Positions 45,413 through 63,770 of a DNA stretch of 64,000 nt are shown piece after piece. The notes beneath the pieces are model-generated. The model made no database searches. It was not told the DNA's origin and saw only the letters and a list, made by a program, of their open reading frames with translations. Location: the NCBI RefSeq assembly GCF_009914755.1, contig NC_060935.1. One strand, written 5' to 3'. A program made the translations under genes and the position numbers. The stretch is from the human T2T-CHM13v2.0 reference genome, Homo sapiens. How positions within the stretch are numbered: position 1 is the stretch's first letter; each line of letters opens with the position of its first letter.

Positions 45413-46845
45413 CTATCTCCAAAGTCCAGTCCATTCTAAGACTCTGCAAAGAAACTGGATCTTCAAATAAACTGGATACAGGCTATTTTCCATCCCAGGA
45501 CCCCTATGTGTATCTGCTGCTCCCTTTCTTACAGTATACCTTCTGCCCCATTCTGCTTTGTCTGAACTCTAATTTGTCTTTTACAGCTTGGCTTCAGGGT
45601 TATTTTCTCCATTAGCCCTTCTCTAACCCCTGTATTTATCTGTCTTAATTTCAAGGAGCAACATGAAGTCAGGAACTTTGTTCACCTCTGCACCCCCAGC
45701 ACCTAATTCAATGCCTGGCCCACAATTTGTCTTCCTTATTGGGTTGAAAGTAAATTGAAATCACCATATTTGCCTGATTCATTTTTGTATCTTTCCAGAA
45801 TGCCTAGAATAGTGCCTTGCACACAACAGGAGATCAATAAATATTTGTTAAATATATAAATGACAAAAATGTAACAAGTGTGTTCTTTCTTCCTATACTT
45901 CAAGGGAACATACAGTAAAGAATCATGATACCAGAGTTAAACAAATCCACGGGAACCTCCCAGGAAACCAAAACGTGCAAATGTGCCAGGAGGTTTTACA
46001 GATTAAGTCCATATGGGATTTTAAAAAAAAACAGAAGTGCTGTAGGACTTTATTGTGAATTGGATCTGCCAATATCAGTGCTGAAGAAGCCAACCCTGAA
46101 GCCAAATACCAGCATTTGTTTCCCAAACACTGATTAAAACAAATATTTTTCAGTTGCCATAGCTTTTGGATCTATTTTTGACATGCACGCTGAATGCAGC
46201 AAATAACATGGAAACTCTGGCTCCCTTCATTGCTGCTTAACATTGAGGACTCTAACCTCACTAGTGAGGTCAGAAAACACCAGCTACACAACCACACAAG
46301 ATACCTTTCCTTGCTCCTAGGCTGCCAACTGCAGTACTATCTTTGGGATGGTTCGTCATGTCTACTAGCTGCACGTGCTTTAAAACTGAATACAGCCTCA
46401 ATACAGCCTTTAAGTTTGGAAACTAGTTAAAATTAGACTAAGTCTTGTGTCTTTATAGGAAAGCACTGACAATATCTCTTTGATACATAGCATAGCCCTG
46501 ATATACAATTTTAATTTTTTATTGTGGAAATTTAAGAACATATACAAAATTATAGAGAAGATTAAAAGGATCTGAAGTACCGTTCACCCAGCTTTGACAA
46601 CTATCAATTGTGAAAGGAGAACTCAGACACAAAACTATTAAGAAAATAATTTTTACTTTCACTATTCTGTAAGGCAGATCATACTTCAGAACAACTGGGC
46701 TATCTAAACAAAGAACACAGCAGGCTTTTAGAGAAAAACACAAGAGGTTACCAAGTGTACAGTTAGTCTGTTCCTCACATGACTACACTATCTGCAAAGG
46801 TTATCACCTATATGTTGATATTAATATTGCAAAATCAGGAATTAA

Positions 46846-46953
46846 TTTTTTTTTTATTTTTTTTTGAGACAGAGTCGCTCTGTCGCCCAGGCTGGAGTGC
46901 AGTGGTGCAGTCTCGGCTCACTGCAACCTCTGCTTCCTGGGTTCACGCCATTC
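46846..46953 (-). mobile_element. Heavily 5'-truncated Alu with 13-nt TSD aatcaggaattaa
   Basis: About 90 nt of right arm plus tail; TSD at 46833-46845 and 46954-46966. Confidence 0.9.
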
Positions 46954-47745
46954 AATCAGGAATTAAATTGTTTGCATTAGGGTAGCAGATTACAAAAAGG
47001 GCATGGTCTTCATTTAGAGAAAAGTGTTAGGGTGTTTCTGCCTGTTTTAGTATTTTTAAGAAAGTCAAGTGTTTGGGGTTTTGCGGGGGCAGGGATGGGT
47101 TTTTTGTTTTGTGTGTGACTGCTATATAATGTGCTAAGTGAAGACAGCAGCAAGGCAAGATATCATTCATGCTTCCTTAGCCCCTCCTTCTGGCCAGGGG
47201 CTGCCAGAAGTGTAGATAATTTGACTACACGGGTTTGTTCAGAAATGTTCTGATCCATATTATTAACTTGATGGGTTTTTCTCTTTGACCAATTAAATTT
47301 ATATAGTTGCTACAAAAGGTGTGGATTAACACTAGGAGATTTCTTTGCTGTATGGTTTTAAAAATTAAAGCCTTAAAATACGAAGGATTGGAGAATTAAA
47401 TTCTGTCTAGAGGCTTCACAAAGCCCCTAGTCAGATTTTGATCACATCAGTTTCGCAGATGATTTTGAATTGCTGTTCTCAATCAGCTTGTCCTTTCTAG
47501 GTCTAGGAGAAAAAAGGCATCCAGTTTGCCCGGACCACGCTTTTCCTCAAGAACTACATAACTAGGACGTCCTTCCTTCTCTGAGGTCCCCAAGTCTGTC
47601 AATGTTCCTGCTATGTCAGCAAGTGGCATTCGTTACTAACTGTAAGGCTGAGATTTCACTAGCCAGAGAGCAGGTACAAGGTAAGTTTCCTGGGAGGATG
47701 TTGTGGGCATCATTTCCACATATCAAGTACAGTCCCTGTGTCTTA

Positions 47746-47912
47746 TTTTTGGGGGGGGGGGGGGTGAGGGGGGATGGAGTTTTGCTCTTGAGGCTGGAGT
47801 GCAATGGTGCAATTTTGGCTCACTGCAACCTCTACCTCCTGGGTTCAAGCCATTCTCCTGCCTCAGCCTCTCAAAGTGCTGAGATTACATGCGTGAGCCA
47901 CCGCGCCCGGCC
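47746..47912 (-). mobile_element. Monomer-length chimeric Alu with a G-run tail
   Basis: Right arm fused to left arm at 'cctgcctcagcctc'; TSD cagtccctgt(g/t)tctta. Confidence 0.85.
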
Positions 47913-49399
47913 CAGTCCCTGTTTCTTAAAGTCAGCTTGTCGTGCCTCATTAAGTCAGACTTGTTTTAAAATGTGACATTTCTTGCATGGTAACGTGACA
48001 AATTTTCTTTATCTAACCATATCCCAAGACAGAGGTGTACTGACCCTATGTAAATAATGACATGGTCATAAAAAATAAAGTGAAGCAACAAATGGCACTT
48101 CAATAATAACCACTGTTACATGCAGTTTTACAGACAAGCCAATCAATGTGTGTCACTCTTTCTCAGAATCAGTTTTCTTAGATTTTTCTCTTATTTATTC
48201 ACTTATAATCTATACCCTAAGATATTTTATAGATTTTTTTTCTGAATTCTGAGACATCAGTTGTAATGAGATACCATTTAAAGAATGTTTTGTTCCACTT
48301 CGTACAGGGTTTGTTTATTAAATCGAGAATTAGTGATAGATCAAGAAGAAAGAAAAGGGGTGTTGTTCTCATTTGCCAAACAGAATATAGATTAGCCCCA
48401 AGTGAATTTTCATCTTAATTTCTTTCCATCCTGCATCATTAATTCTTGTTTTCTGAACTTGGTTTAAGTAACCCTACTATCACAAAGTCATCTGCTTTTA
48501 GACTAAATAAAAGGTCCTAGAAATGCTCAGTCACACAGTCCAACCATGGGCTTCAGGTGACAGTGTCAGCTTATACTGGAAAGCCTGTGTCCATGAATCT
48601 GTTCCATTTAGTGTCAATAGTTAAAAGAACCTATTTGAGGCCATTGCTGAGGTTATGATCCCCTTGATGTTTCTTCCAGAGACTCCATTATTAATTTATT
48701 GATTAATATCAAGGGTGTTTAGATAATTGCAAAGGAAAAGAAGAAACTACCTGTTGACGACAAGACTGAATGGCTTGGGTTAATTTACTATAATAATTAA
48801 TAGTATCTACAATAAGAAAAATGAGACATAATGTACAAGTATTTTTAAAGGATTTAATCAACAATTGCTCCGAAAGTAGTAACATCCTATAGACAACAAA
48901 GGCATTGACAGATCTCCAGGACTTTTTAATTTATCCCAATGTGTATTTTTTGGTAACCAATTGACACAAGTATTTTAAAACAGAAACGTTGACTAAGTCT
49001 TGCCGACAGTTATTGTGCCAGTCTTCACACATTACCTTGAGTATGCTCTATCTGTCCTGAAAGACTACAATTGCTGAAACATGTTCATTTTAATATTAAT
49101 AACATGCTTTGTATATAATTGACCAAATATTAATAACATGCTTTGTATATTTTTGTATATAATTGACCTAGGGAAGTTGGTTTGCCAACCGTTCCTATAC
49201 TATGGGCTTGGCAAATGCCGTCACAAATACAGAGAATTCCAAGTATATTCAATGACTTCCGGCAACCCTCCTTTTACAAAATGAGAAAATAAACTTTGAT
49301 GTTGTCTAAGAAAGAAACCTCAAAGACAGTTTGGTTGTAAAAGATATATTAACAGTTTTACTATTCAGAATATGAGAAAAGCCAGTCTAAAAAGTTGTC

Positions 49400-49733
<334 letters not shown>

Positions 49734-49956
49734 CTAAACATGCGAAATGGTTACAATCTTTGTTATGGTGAAAATACACAGTAGTGTGTAACAATATTAG
49801 GAATTGTAGTCTTTTCAGAAGTAGAGTTTGTTTAAAAATTATTTCAGTGAATGATTTAAAAATCAGACAAAATGTTATCAGGCTTCAAATAAGTATATTT
49901 TAGTGATACCTGGAATCTCTGCTAGTTGCACACAGAAAAACTTTTTGTTATTTCTT

Positions 49957-50668
<712 letters not shown>

Positions 50669-51944
50669 CTTGTTAGTATTAACAAGTTGAGATCGTATAC
50701 TCAAAGCTCAATGTTCTTCTGAAATACTTGGCTTTCTCCTCCTTATCACTTAAAGTTCCCTTTTCTCAATAAATTTAATATTCCACTATTTAGACATACA
50801 AAATGCAGTTAAACATACAAAAATAAATATACATCCTTAAATGGCAAACATGAGGCTTTAAATTTTAACTTCAAAATATATTGATCTTACCAGAATATTA
50901 CAAGGTAATGTTTATCCACATTAAATTTACCATCTTAGTAGAAATATAATGCTGCTCTTGAAATATAAATGGGGCCAGGTGCAATGGCTCACACCAGTGA
51001 TCTCAGCACTTTGGGTAGGCCAAGATGAGCAGATGGACTGAGTCCATGAGTTCGAGACCAGCCTGGGCAACATAGGCCCCATCTCTATAAAAAAAAATTT
51101 AAGAAAAATCAATAGACAAAACATATCCATTATCTTGTGTATGCATCTGTATCTCTTTGCAACAACTGTATGGCCTCAACCACCATGAATACTAGTTCCA
51201 GCTTTCAACCAAAATAATCAACATCTGCTCCCTCAAAGGCCCAGAGAAAATGGAGAGGTGAGCAACTAAGAACAGTCTATTGCACACAAGTACCTTAGCA
51301 GAAAAGCAAGGCTCAGTGAAGGCCTCCTGAGTCCCACAGGCTCTAGCACATATATATTTCACATTTTTCAAAATGGAAAGCATGAACATGTGAACTAACA
51401 TACAACCCAATTTTTTTGTTTTCTTACAGCACATGGCCAGTCTCATTCCATCCAAAACCCCACCCACTACCAACTCATCCCCAGGTTATTTTGAAGCAAA
51501 TCCCAAACATTATCTCATTTCATCTGTAAATATTTCAATAAGAATCTCTAAAAGATAAAGATTCTTTTTTGATCTTTAAACATGATCATAACAATTATCT
51601 AATGCAAAAATTAATTCCTTAACATCATAAAATATTCAACCAGAGTTCACATTACCCTAATTCTGAGCATTTTCAACTTCATTATTTAAATCAGGATCCA
51701 AATAAGGTTCAATACATTGCAACTGAGCAATATGTATTTTAATTCTACTTTAATTTATAGGTTTCTCTTCCATCCCCTTTTTCCTCTTGCAACTTTTTGT
51801 TGAAGATACCAGGTCAATTGGCCTGAATTTGCTATGGTGTAACTTAAAATGTTCTTTATCCCTGTTTCCTGTAAATTGTTAGTTGAATCTAAAGGCTTAA
51901 TTAGATTCAGGCTCAATCTTTTTTGTTTGTTTGTTTTGCAGATG

Positions 51945-52500
51945 TGTAGAAAAGACTCTAATCTTGTCCAAAAAGGGGTCTGGCCTTTGCCCTGTATTTG
52001 GGGAGGTAATTTCTAAACCCTTGGAATTTCATGATAGGAGTGGTTTTGTTCGTGTGCAGGCCTTGGTTAAACTGGATAGTGTAATGGTGTGATACAGAGC
52101 GGGAGGTTTGGGTCACACATACTCGGCAATCAGCTCTGGAGGGGCTGGAGATGGAGAAGTCATGTGGGTAGCCAACCAGATAAATCTCTGGACAGGAAGG
52201 CTCAGGTGAATTTCCCTGCTTGGCAATAATTTGTGCATATTGTCATACATTGATAATGGGAAAGTAATGGTGTATACAACTCCACAGGGAGAAGATAACT
52301 GGAACATCCATATTTGGAACTTTTCTAGACTTTGCCTTATGTGATTCTTTTCCCGGACTACTTTTAATCTGTATCCTTTAGCTGTGATAAACCATACCCA
52401 TTAGTATAACAACTTTTAGTGACTTCAAGTCCTTCTAGCAAATTATCAAAACTAAGTGTGGTTTTGAGAATCCCCAAACTTGCAGTTGATGCCAGAAGCA
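51945..52500 (+). mobile_element. MER21-like LTR
   Basis: tgtagaaaag...ggtctggcctttgccct...gggaggtaatttctaaacccttggaat start. Confidence 0.65.
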
Positions 52501-53381
52501 AGGGCAGCCTTGTGAACTGCTCCCAACACTCCCCACAAGACCACTGCACTGTGGTGGTGTCTAGCAGGAGGTCCATGATATCCAGTTGTTTCTTTTTCTG
52601 CTGTTCTTAGCCACTGATGATCATTGCTTCTTTGAAAGAGGTCATTACCTCTTTGAAGACTGCAAAATGGTGATATTCTACTTCTATCCTTTCTTTTTTA
52701 TTAACTTGAGCCTTCCCCTTCATCAGTTGTTTGGTTATCTGATATAGGCAATATAGGAAAGACAGGAAAAAATGCTTATTTTATTTACCAGTTTTTAAAA
52801 TTAAGAGGTAGTTCCTTGCATTCTTCAAAGTGACCAATGACTTTTTAAAAATCTTTATGTCATGAATTTAAGCATCAATCATTACAGATGTTCATCTTTG
52901 AACACCTGTGGCCAAGAAAAGAGTATGTAAATTAACTCCTGTCCTTTTGACATGATCCTAGTAATCTTTCATAGCTTGCTTCCTTGCTTTCTGGTATCAC
53001 AAGATGTTCCAAGTTTATCTGGCATATCCTCTGCTTCAAACCTGGAATCAGCCATTTCTCTAAGAAGACCTGTCTCAAGTTGGGTTCTTCCAGGAAATTG
53101 ACTCTGAGTTGAATATTTACATGCATTTAAGGGACTGCCCTTAGAATTAACACCTATGGGGGAGGGGCAAAAGTAGGACTGGGCAGAGAAAGCAGTGGAA
53201 CCACAGTACAGTCACAGCCAATTCCACACAGAACACTGGAGATGGTCTAGCCCTGTAAGATGTCCGGCTTTGAGGCAAGAGAGCCTGACCTTTATAATCC
53301 ACATTAACCAGTCATTAGATATGGGCTGCCTCTGGGGAGAATGGTATAACCCTGGGTGAGGTGACTCTCTTCATGTTAGGG

Positions 53382-53595
53382 CAGTGGTTCTCAATCAAGG
53401 CACTTTGTCCCCCAGAGACATTTGGCAATGCCTGGACACATTTTTGGTTGTCACAGCCATGGGTAGGGTGCTACTGGTGTCTAGTGGGTAGAAGCCAGGG
53501 ATTCTACTAAACATCTTCTAATGCACAGAACAGTCCCCAACAACAAAGAATTATCCAGTCCAAAATGTCAATAGTGCTGAGACTAAGAAACCTTG
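53382..53595 (+). mobile_element. MER20 (hAT-Charlie) DNA transposon
   Basis: cagtggttctcaa...gacatttggcaatg...ggtgctactgg..tctagtgggtaga.gccaggga...caaaatgtcaatagtgc...agaaacc.tg. Confidence 0.88.
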
Positions 53596-54715
53596 GTTTA
53601 AGACAATGCCCAGAGAGTGATTCAGGGACAGCCAACAGCCACCACTGTTCCCAGCATCCCAGGCCTCAGTTCTGAATGGAGAATCTGGGTGGCAAACCAC
53701 AGCATCCGCTACATGTCTTGATTACTTTTAGAGAAAACTAGTAAATAGAGATCTCTGTCTGGGAGCTAGGAGTGCTTGTTGCCTGCAGTTTGATCTCTAT
53801 TTCTAGGCCTATTCAGGGGAGAGAACTAGGAAATTATCTTTTTAATACACATCATTCATTATATCAATATTTCTAATTCAAAATCAGGACTCTGACATAA
53901 TCCTTCTATTTAGAAGGTATAATCCTTCTATTTTGAGAAGCTTGGAACTTGTTGACCCTAAGAAGTTTCCTGAGAGCCACCTCAGTAAACCATTTTTGAA
54001 TGTCATTAAGTTTGCATATTAGGGGGTTACAAAAGTAAAGGAAAACTTTGCAGGAAAATGTTCAAAATAATCCAGAATATTGGAATTAGAAGGAACCTAA
54101 GAGATCATCTAAACCAAAACTCTGATTTTACAAATGAGGAAAAGGAGGCCTAGAAAAGTTCAGCAGACTTAATCTAAGGTCCATAGCTACTTAGTGCCCT
54201 AACCAGGACCAGCATCAGGACACTAACCCCTCATATTTGTTTCTTTTTTCCTGCCTCAGCACTCTGACTCTTCTCTCTAGTATTAACTCTCCCATGCTGC
54301 AGAAGAAAATAGAGCAAAGAGGGACAGAAAAGGAGATGAAACTCACTCCTTTTTCACAGTATACCTTGGTGGAACTGAGAACTCAGATCTGTATGCAGAG
54401 AACTGAGCACAGATCTGTAGGAAGGAAGTGCTTCTTATCCACTGTTAGTGGAAACATCTGTTTGGTTGTTTTTCCAAAGCACTGTTAGATTGTGCTGTGC
54501 CTTCCACATTCTCTCCTGCACTCTTGCTAATGACCAAGCAGTTACACACCAGCAAGGCTGGCCAAGGTTGGGACATCTTAGCAAAGAAAAAGAGCTCAAT
54601 TAACCAGTCCATGCAGGGATAGAATGATTGATTTGGTCTCATTAGTAGCATACACAAAAACAATCAATTAAGCTGGCAACATGGTGTAATGCCTTTTCAA
54701 ATGAAGGTAACCCTC

Positions 54716-56577
<1,862 letters not shown>

Positions 56578-56985
56578 TGAGGACATAAGGCAAGAGATAT
56601 GGAGAATGGTTTCCTGGGGCCTAACCAGTGTTAGTGGTAAGAGTGGACATTTAGGCTTATGGCCATGCTGTGTCAGTGCTGAATGCCAAACTGAGAGAGG
56701 GGTCATGTGCTCTTTAATAATGTGTGTGTGGGTGGGGGTGTTGTGGGTGGTTTGTGATATGCAGGGCCTTCTAAACCCGGGCAGTTTTCACTTGTCCCAG
56801 TCTGAGGACAGTCTGAAGTCTTCAGAATATGAATGCATCATGGAAAAGGGAAAGTGGTTTGACACCCCAGCCCCACCCCTTACCGCTCCAGAGAGCATAC
56901 AGAGTTTACAAGATATTACCTGCCTACCCAGTGAAGTTAGTATATAAAGCAGATATGATTATTACTACTTTACAAATAAGGAAAC

Positions 56986-57527
<542 letters not shown>

Positions 57528-59386
57528 GAAACTGAGACACAAACTAAAATGAAGTGACTCTCCGCTGGTTAGCTAGCTACAACATGGTGGATCCAAGAGC
57601 AGAACTCAGGGCTCCTGGCTCCTTGCCCATAGAAGCTGGCTGCCTCGTGTCTCACTTCCTGATGCTCAAAGTTGCTACTATATTACTGTAAGGGTTTTGT
57701 GGTCAAGTAGTATGTGAGTTGAAAAGAATAAAAGAACCATATTGTTTAGCCCTCTTCAGTGTTTAGGGATCTGGAGGTTCAGAGGTGGAGGAAAAGGGAA
57801 GTCATTTTAATAGATGTTTTCTGAACCTGAACATTGAACTCCAACATCTGAGAATCAACATATCCTGAAATGTTTCTGGTCAAATAGTGATTATGGGCAC
57901 AACAATAAAATTACTGTATTTAGTCTTCTGGTGCATGGTCAGCATCTTCTTTTATCCTTTTGATTTGGATTTCCTTGGGCTACTGAATGGGGATGTTTTC
58001 TGTTCTTACGTGGCAATTTGAGAGGGGTAGCTAAGTAGCATAATTGTTATTTACCATGTGGTATGCACTATTTGGGAGTTGGGGGCTGAACCTGACAGAA
58101 AATTAAATGTGATTTCTGCCCTCAAAAGTCCTCATTTTACTCTGATGAATAGATCTGACATGTAAACACAGGAAGGAGAGGAGAGCACTACTTTTAGGGG
58201 AAGTGGATAGAGAGATACACAATAAGACAGACCTCTGTGAGAGTACCTAATAAGTTTAATTGGATGATGAATTGAAGAAAATTAACAGATTATTTTTAAT
58301 TTTTACTTTTGGGTATAAAGCAAAGGCTACAGATGCTGCCTCTAAAACTGATCTCCACACCTCCAATCTTATTCCTCCAAAGTTATGGTATAAGTTCAGT
58401 TATATGGCACCTGCCCACAAGCCAGATTTTTGGTGACATTTTATCTTCTTCACACAAAAAAAATATATATATACTCCTCTCTCTTTCCCACTGCCAACTC
58501 TCCTCTCCAGAAAGACTCAGGACACTAGAAATAAGTATCTTTGTTCACAGGGATGGATGGATGGATGGATGCCTATTTAGAAAAACATTTATGACAAAAT
58601 GAGGCTGACCAGTAGAGGGGGCATGGGACTTACATTTGATGTTCTTTAAAGAACTAAGAAACAAAGGTGCTTTAGTGAGGTCACAAAGCAGAATTCATTA
58701 GGTGTGTAGCAAATTTACAACTGCTAGAAAAGTTTGTGAACGTTCTCTTTATATCTTTACATTCCTGTGTGGGCATATGGAAGAGGAACATTGTGCAGAC
58801 TCCAGGAGTGAATCACTCTTGATCCAACAGTGCATGACATTTCTTACTTGAGCTCTCTTGCATTCAGATTCTTATTACTCAATGGTATATGTGTGACTTC
58901 ATTTTAACACAGTTTTTTCCATTATGACACACATGTAAATTCCTCAAGTTGCTAAGGCACACTTTGTGTGGCAAAACATTCAAATGTTAGGTCAACTTTT
59001 ACCTTCACATATCTAGAGATTGTTATCCTCAGCAATAATTGCTCTTAGTGGGTACCTTTGTGAGTAAAATGGTCTTAAGTGCCTGGGGGCCTAAACCTAA
59101 TTGTTGAGACCCAGGACCTAGAGTCAAACAGATGAGACTTCAAATTCTTGATTCTGTCATATACTAGCTTCATGGACTTGAGCAAGTTACATTAACTCAC
59201 TAAGCTTTGATCCATCTGTAAAAAGGGGATTATAGTAGTAATCAAAAATAGGATTGTTGTGTAGATTAATGATAACTAATAGTAAAAACAAAATATGGTT
59301 GGGATAGTTGATGTTTTTCTGCTCAAGTGCACAGATTATCTTTGATTCATGAAACACTGTTTTTCACTGGTACAAGCTTAGCACCC

Positions 59387-59676
59387 TTTTTGTTTGTTTG
59401 TTTGTTTGTTTTGAGATGTAGTCTCACTCTGTCGCCCAGGCTGGAGTGCAGTGGCGCAATCTTGGCTCACTGCAAGCTCCGCCTCCAACTTATAATTGTT
59501 GTTAGCTTATAAGCATTATAAGCTTATAAGCATGCCCGGCTAATTTTTTTGTATTTTTAGTAGAGACGGGGTTTCACCATGTTAGCCAGGATGGTCTCGA
59601 TCTCCTGACCTCGTGATCCACCCGCCTCGGCCTCCCAAAGTGCTGGGATTACAGGCATGAGCCACCGTGCCTGGCC
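59387..59676 (-). mobile_element. AluY-like element with an internal replacement by non-Alu sequence
   Basis: AluY diagnostics (tgcaagctccgcctcc; gttagccaggatggtctcgatctcctgacctcgtgatcc); positions 59487-59530 are not Alu. Confidence 0.92.
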
Positions 59677-60101
59677 ACTCTTTTGTTTTTATTTATATAT
59701 ACTTATGTACTTATTTATATATTTGCTTATTATGAATAAAAATATGAATACTTGTAAGCCAACCACCCAATATAAGAATTAGAATATTAACAATCATACA
59801 ACCACCTATGAGCTTCCCCTCAATTCATTTCTCCACCTTCCCTTCCTTGAATCTCACATTTATGGATCTCATATTTGATTTTCAGAAGTTATTAATTTTA
59901 ATATAATCAGATTCATTAATATTTTCTTTTATGGTTGGAGGCTTTTTTGTGTCCTTAATACTTCCCTAGCTCAAAGTCAGAAAGACATATATTTGCTAAT
60001 AAAATTTATAAAATTTTACTTTTAACATTTAAGTATTTAATTTATGTGTTTATTTTTATATATGGTATGAGGTAGGGATCAATGTCATTTTTTCCATATA
60101 G

Positions 60102-60800
<699 letters not shown>

Positions 60801-61936
60801 ATATATATATACATGGGTCTGGTTTCTGAATTTAAAGTTTCATATATTTATTTCTGAACAAATCCCACACTATTTTTATATCCTATAGCACTATTTCCAA
60901 ATATGATTTTCAAAGTAAATCCTGTTATTAGTAAAAAAAAACTAGATCAATAAACATTGTTTATTATGCTTGTTTTATATTTGTTAATTTTGTTAACCAT
61001 CTGATCTAACATATTTGCTTCTGGTGGCATCTATAATCCAAGTTGTTGCTTTATTTTGAAGTAACTGTACTCCTGAGATGTCTCATTACTTTGGCCTGTG
61101 AGTATATATTTCTCTGATGGTATCAGCTATTCTGTTTGAGCATTCAAAATGGAAAAAAACAGTCTGTGTCAACATCCAGTGAGCTCAAGGAGAGAGGAAG
61201 AGACAAGCACTACGGTGGAGAGATCCAGGCACCAAGCACCAGACTATCATAATTAATTGCTTAGGCTGGGTATCACGCCACCAAGCAACTCTTCAGGTCA
61301 GGGCCCTATCTTTAGACTCACACTATCCTCTATCCCTCAAGGAGAAGCAGCCTGAAGAGACGGCATTTCTGGATTGTAATTCACCAGCCCTAGGGGATGG
61401 AGGGTGTGGTGCAGTGGGAGAATAAATGCTCAAGGTCATCCAATCCCCACCAGTTTTCTATTTCTAAACTCTGGCTTCTGTTCTGTCCTGATCATTATCC
61501 TTGTGGACACTTATATCAGCAGTCTGAGCCTCTGCTTTTAATTTCCACATAAGTCTCCTGCCCCAGGCAACAGATATACATCCAGATATACACACACATC
61601 CCCACATATACACAGTACACACATGGAAATACACAATACCAATTCAAAACAGTTCCTCCAAGATTGATCTTGGGGTATGCAGCTAATTCTTTATCTTGGC
61701 AAAAAAAAATTGGGGGTTTAGGGTTTACATACTGGACAAAATTGTGAAACGAGTATCCCCTGGGACCTTAGCTGTACTAAGACAACCCAAGATTTAAAAT
61801 CTCCTTCACAATGCTTACCTATCTGAGCCTCCCATCCCTATCATGCCCCAAAGGTTACTGCTCTGTTCTTTGCTTTCTTCACGTTCCACTCATTGAAGCT
61901 TATCTCTCCCCTATGCAAATACCTAATTAACCCAAT

Positions 61937-62297
61937 TGTTATGGTCTGAATGTATGTGTCCTCTCAAAATTCATGTGTTGAAACCTAACTCCCAAGGTGA
62001 TGATATTAAGAGATGGGGCCTTTGGGAGGTGATGAGGTGGTAAGGGCGGAGCCCTCATGAATGAGGTTAGTGCCTTTATTAAAGAGGCTGTAGAGAGACC
62101 CCTCTCCTTCTTCCACCCCATGAGGATGCAGCAAGAGGCACGTCTATGAGGCAGAGAGCAAGCCCTCACCAGACACTGAATCTGCCGACTCCTGGACCTT
62201 GGACTTAGCCTCCACAGCTGTGAGAAATAAATTTCTATTACTTATAAATTACTCAGTCTAAGGTACTGTGTTATGGCAGCCAGAACAAACTAAGACA
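61937..62297 (+). mobile_element. MaLR LTR (MLT1A-like)
   Basis: tgttatggtctgaatgt.tgtgtcc..tcaaaattcatgtgttgaaacctaa start; gcagccagaacaaactaagaca end. Confidence 0.85.
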
Positions 62298-63712
62298 CCA
62301 ACCATGAAGCTAATGGAAAAAAATCAGAATAGCAGAGACGAAGGAGAGGCTTTTTCTCCGGGTAAACTAAGTACAATTTAGTAGTGGCTTCTGGAAGACT
62401 GCCACATTTGCTTTGTTTAATCCAAAGGAATAAGGCTATGTAGAAGGGAAGTAGCAGTGTGCTGGAGGAGATATTTTAGCAAATATAATCTTTCAGCTTT
62501 CAAATCTCACTGTGTAGAATCATATCTCCATAATATTAATTCCTAGTAATGCTTATAAGCTAACAACAATTATGTCAATTTTTCCCATTTCAAGTCTCAT
62601 GGGTCACAACATGCATCATGAATGAGCACATACTGGACCTCACATAATATGGTCCCCCTCCCCTTCAGCCCCATCCCTCTCCTCCCCCATCACTACCCAG
62701 CTGGAACACTTGCAGCTTTTTCTGACCTCAAGATACTCAGAAATTTTGTCCCTGGTAAGGCTCCCTCCATATCTCATCTCCTCACTGTCTCCTGCTGATT
62801 CTTCCCATCTCCCCTTAAATTTTGTTTCCTGAGGAAAACTTATTGACCCCCAACCCCAGACTAGATCAGGACTCCGAAGAAGTTCTTTTCTTTTAGAGCA
62901 TTTACTACAATTATGAATATGTAAAAGAGTGAAATTGGAGTAATACACTGGAAAGTAGAAAATAATGAATTTTTGTTTTTGAACAAATACATATTGAGGA
63001 CTTACTATGTACCAGGTATTGTATTAGATACTAGGAATATTGTGGAGAAAGAGGCAGACCCCTTCATCTCACTTTAATCACCCTTTCTTGAGGATATCTC
63101 CTGAGTCTTATCACCATCTAGAACAATATCTAATACAAATATGCCAGCATAGAACATCCCTTCTCAAGATCTTTCATGCCCCCTCACTCTCATCTAATTT
63201 AAGCTCCAGACTCTTTTTTTTTTTCTTTTAGAGACAGGGTCTCACTCTGTTACCCAGGCTGTAGTATAGTGGCATAATCCTAGCTTACTATAGCCTCGAA
63301 CTCCTGGGCTCAAGTGATCCTCCTGCCTCAGCTTCTTGAGCAGCTAGGACTACAGGCATGCACCAACATGCTTGGCTCACTCCAGACCTTTGAGCCTACC
63401 ATCCCTCCACCCTCATCGAAAGCCTCCTATTCCTCCATCCTCACACTCCCTGCAGATATCTGCTTCCTACCTCACAGAGGAAATAGATGTCAAGGTTAAA
63501 CTTCCGGCACTGTGCACTACCCACTTAACCAGCAAGCAAAGCTACCCTTGCTTCCTTCTCCCACCCATATCAGAGTAAAGGAGGGGTCTACCCCTGACTA
63601 AAGAGTCTCTTCTGTTGTAGATTCCCTTGTCCTCTGTAGGTTATCTCTAATCACCTTTATTTCAAACTTTCTGTCTTCTGGCTCTTTCCAGAAATGCTTA
63701 ACTCTACCAGTT

Positions 63713-63714
<2 letters not shown>

Positions 63715-63761
<47 letters not shown>

Positions 63762-63770
63762 ATACACACT
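63715..63770 (+). repeat. (CA)n microsatellite
   Basis: About 20 perfect CA units with a degenerate end. Confidence 0.95.
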
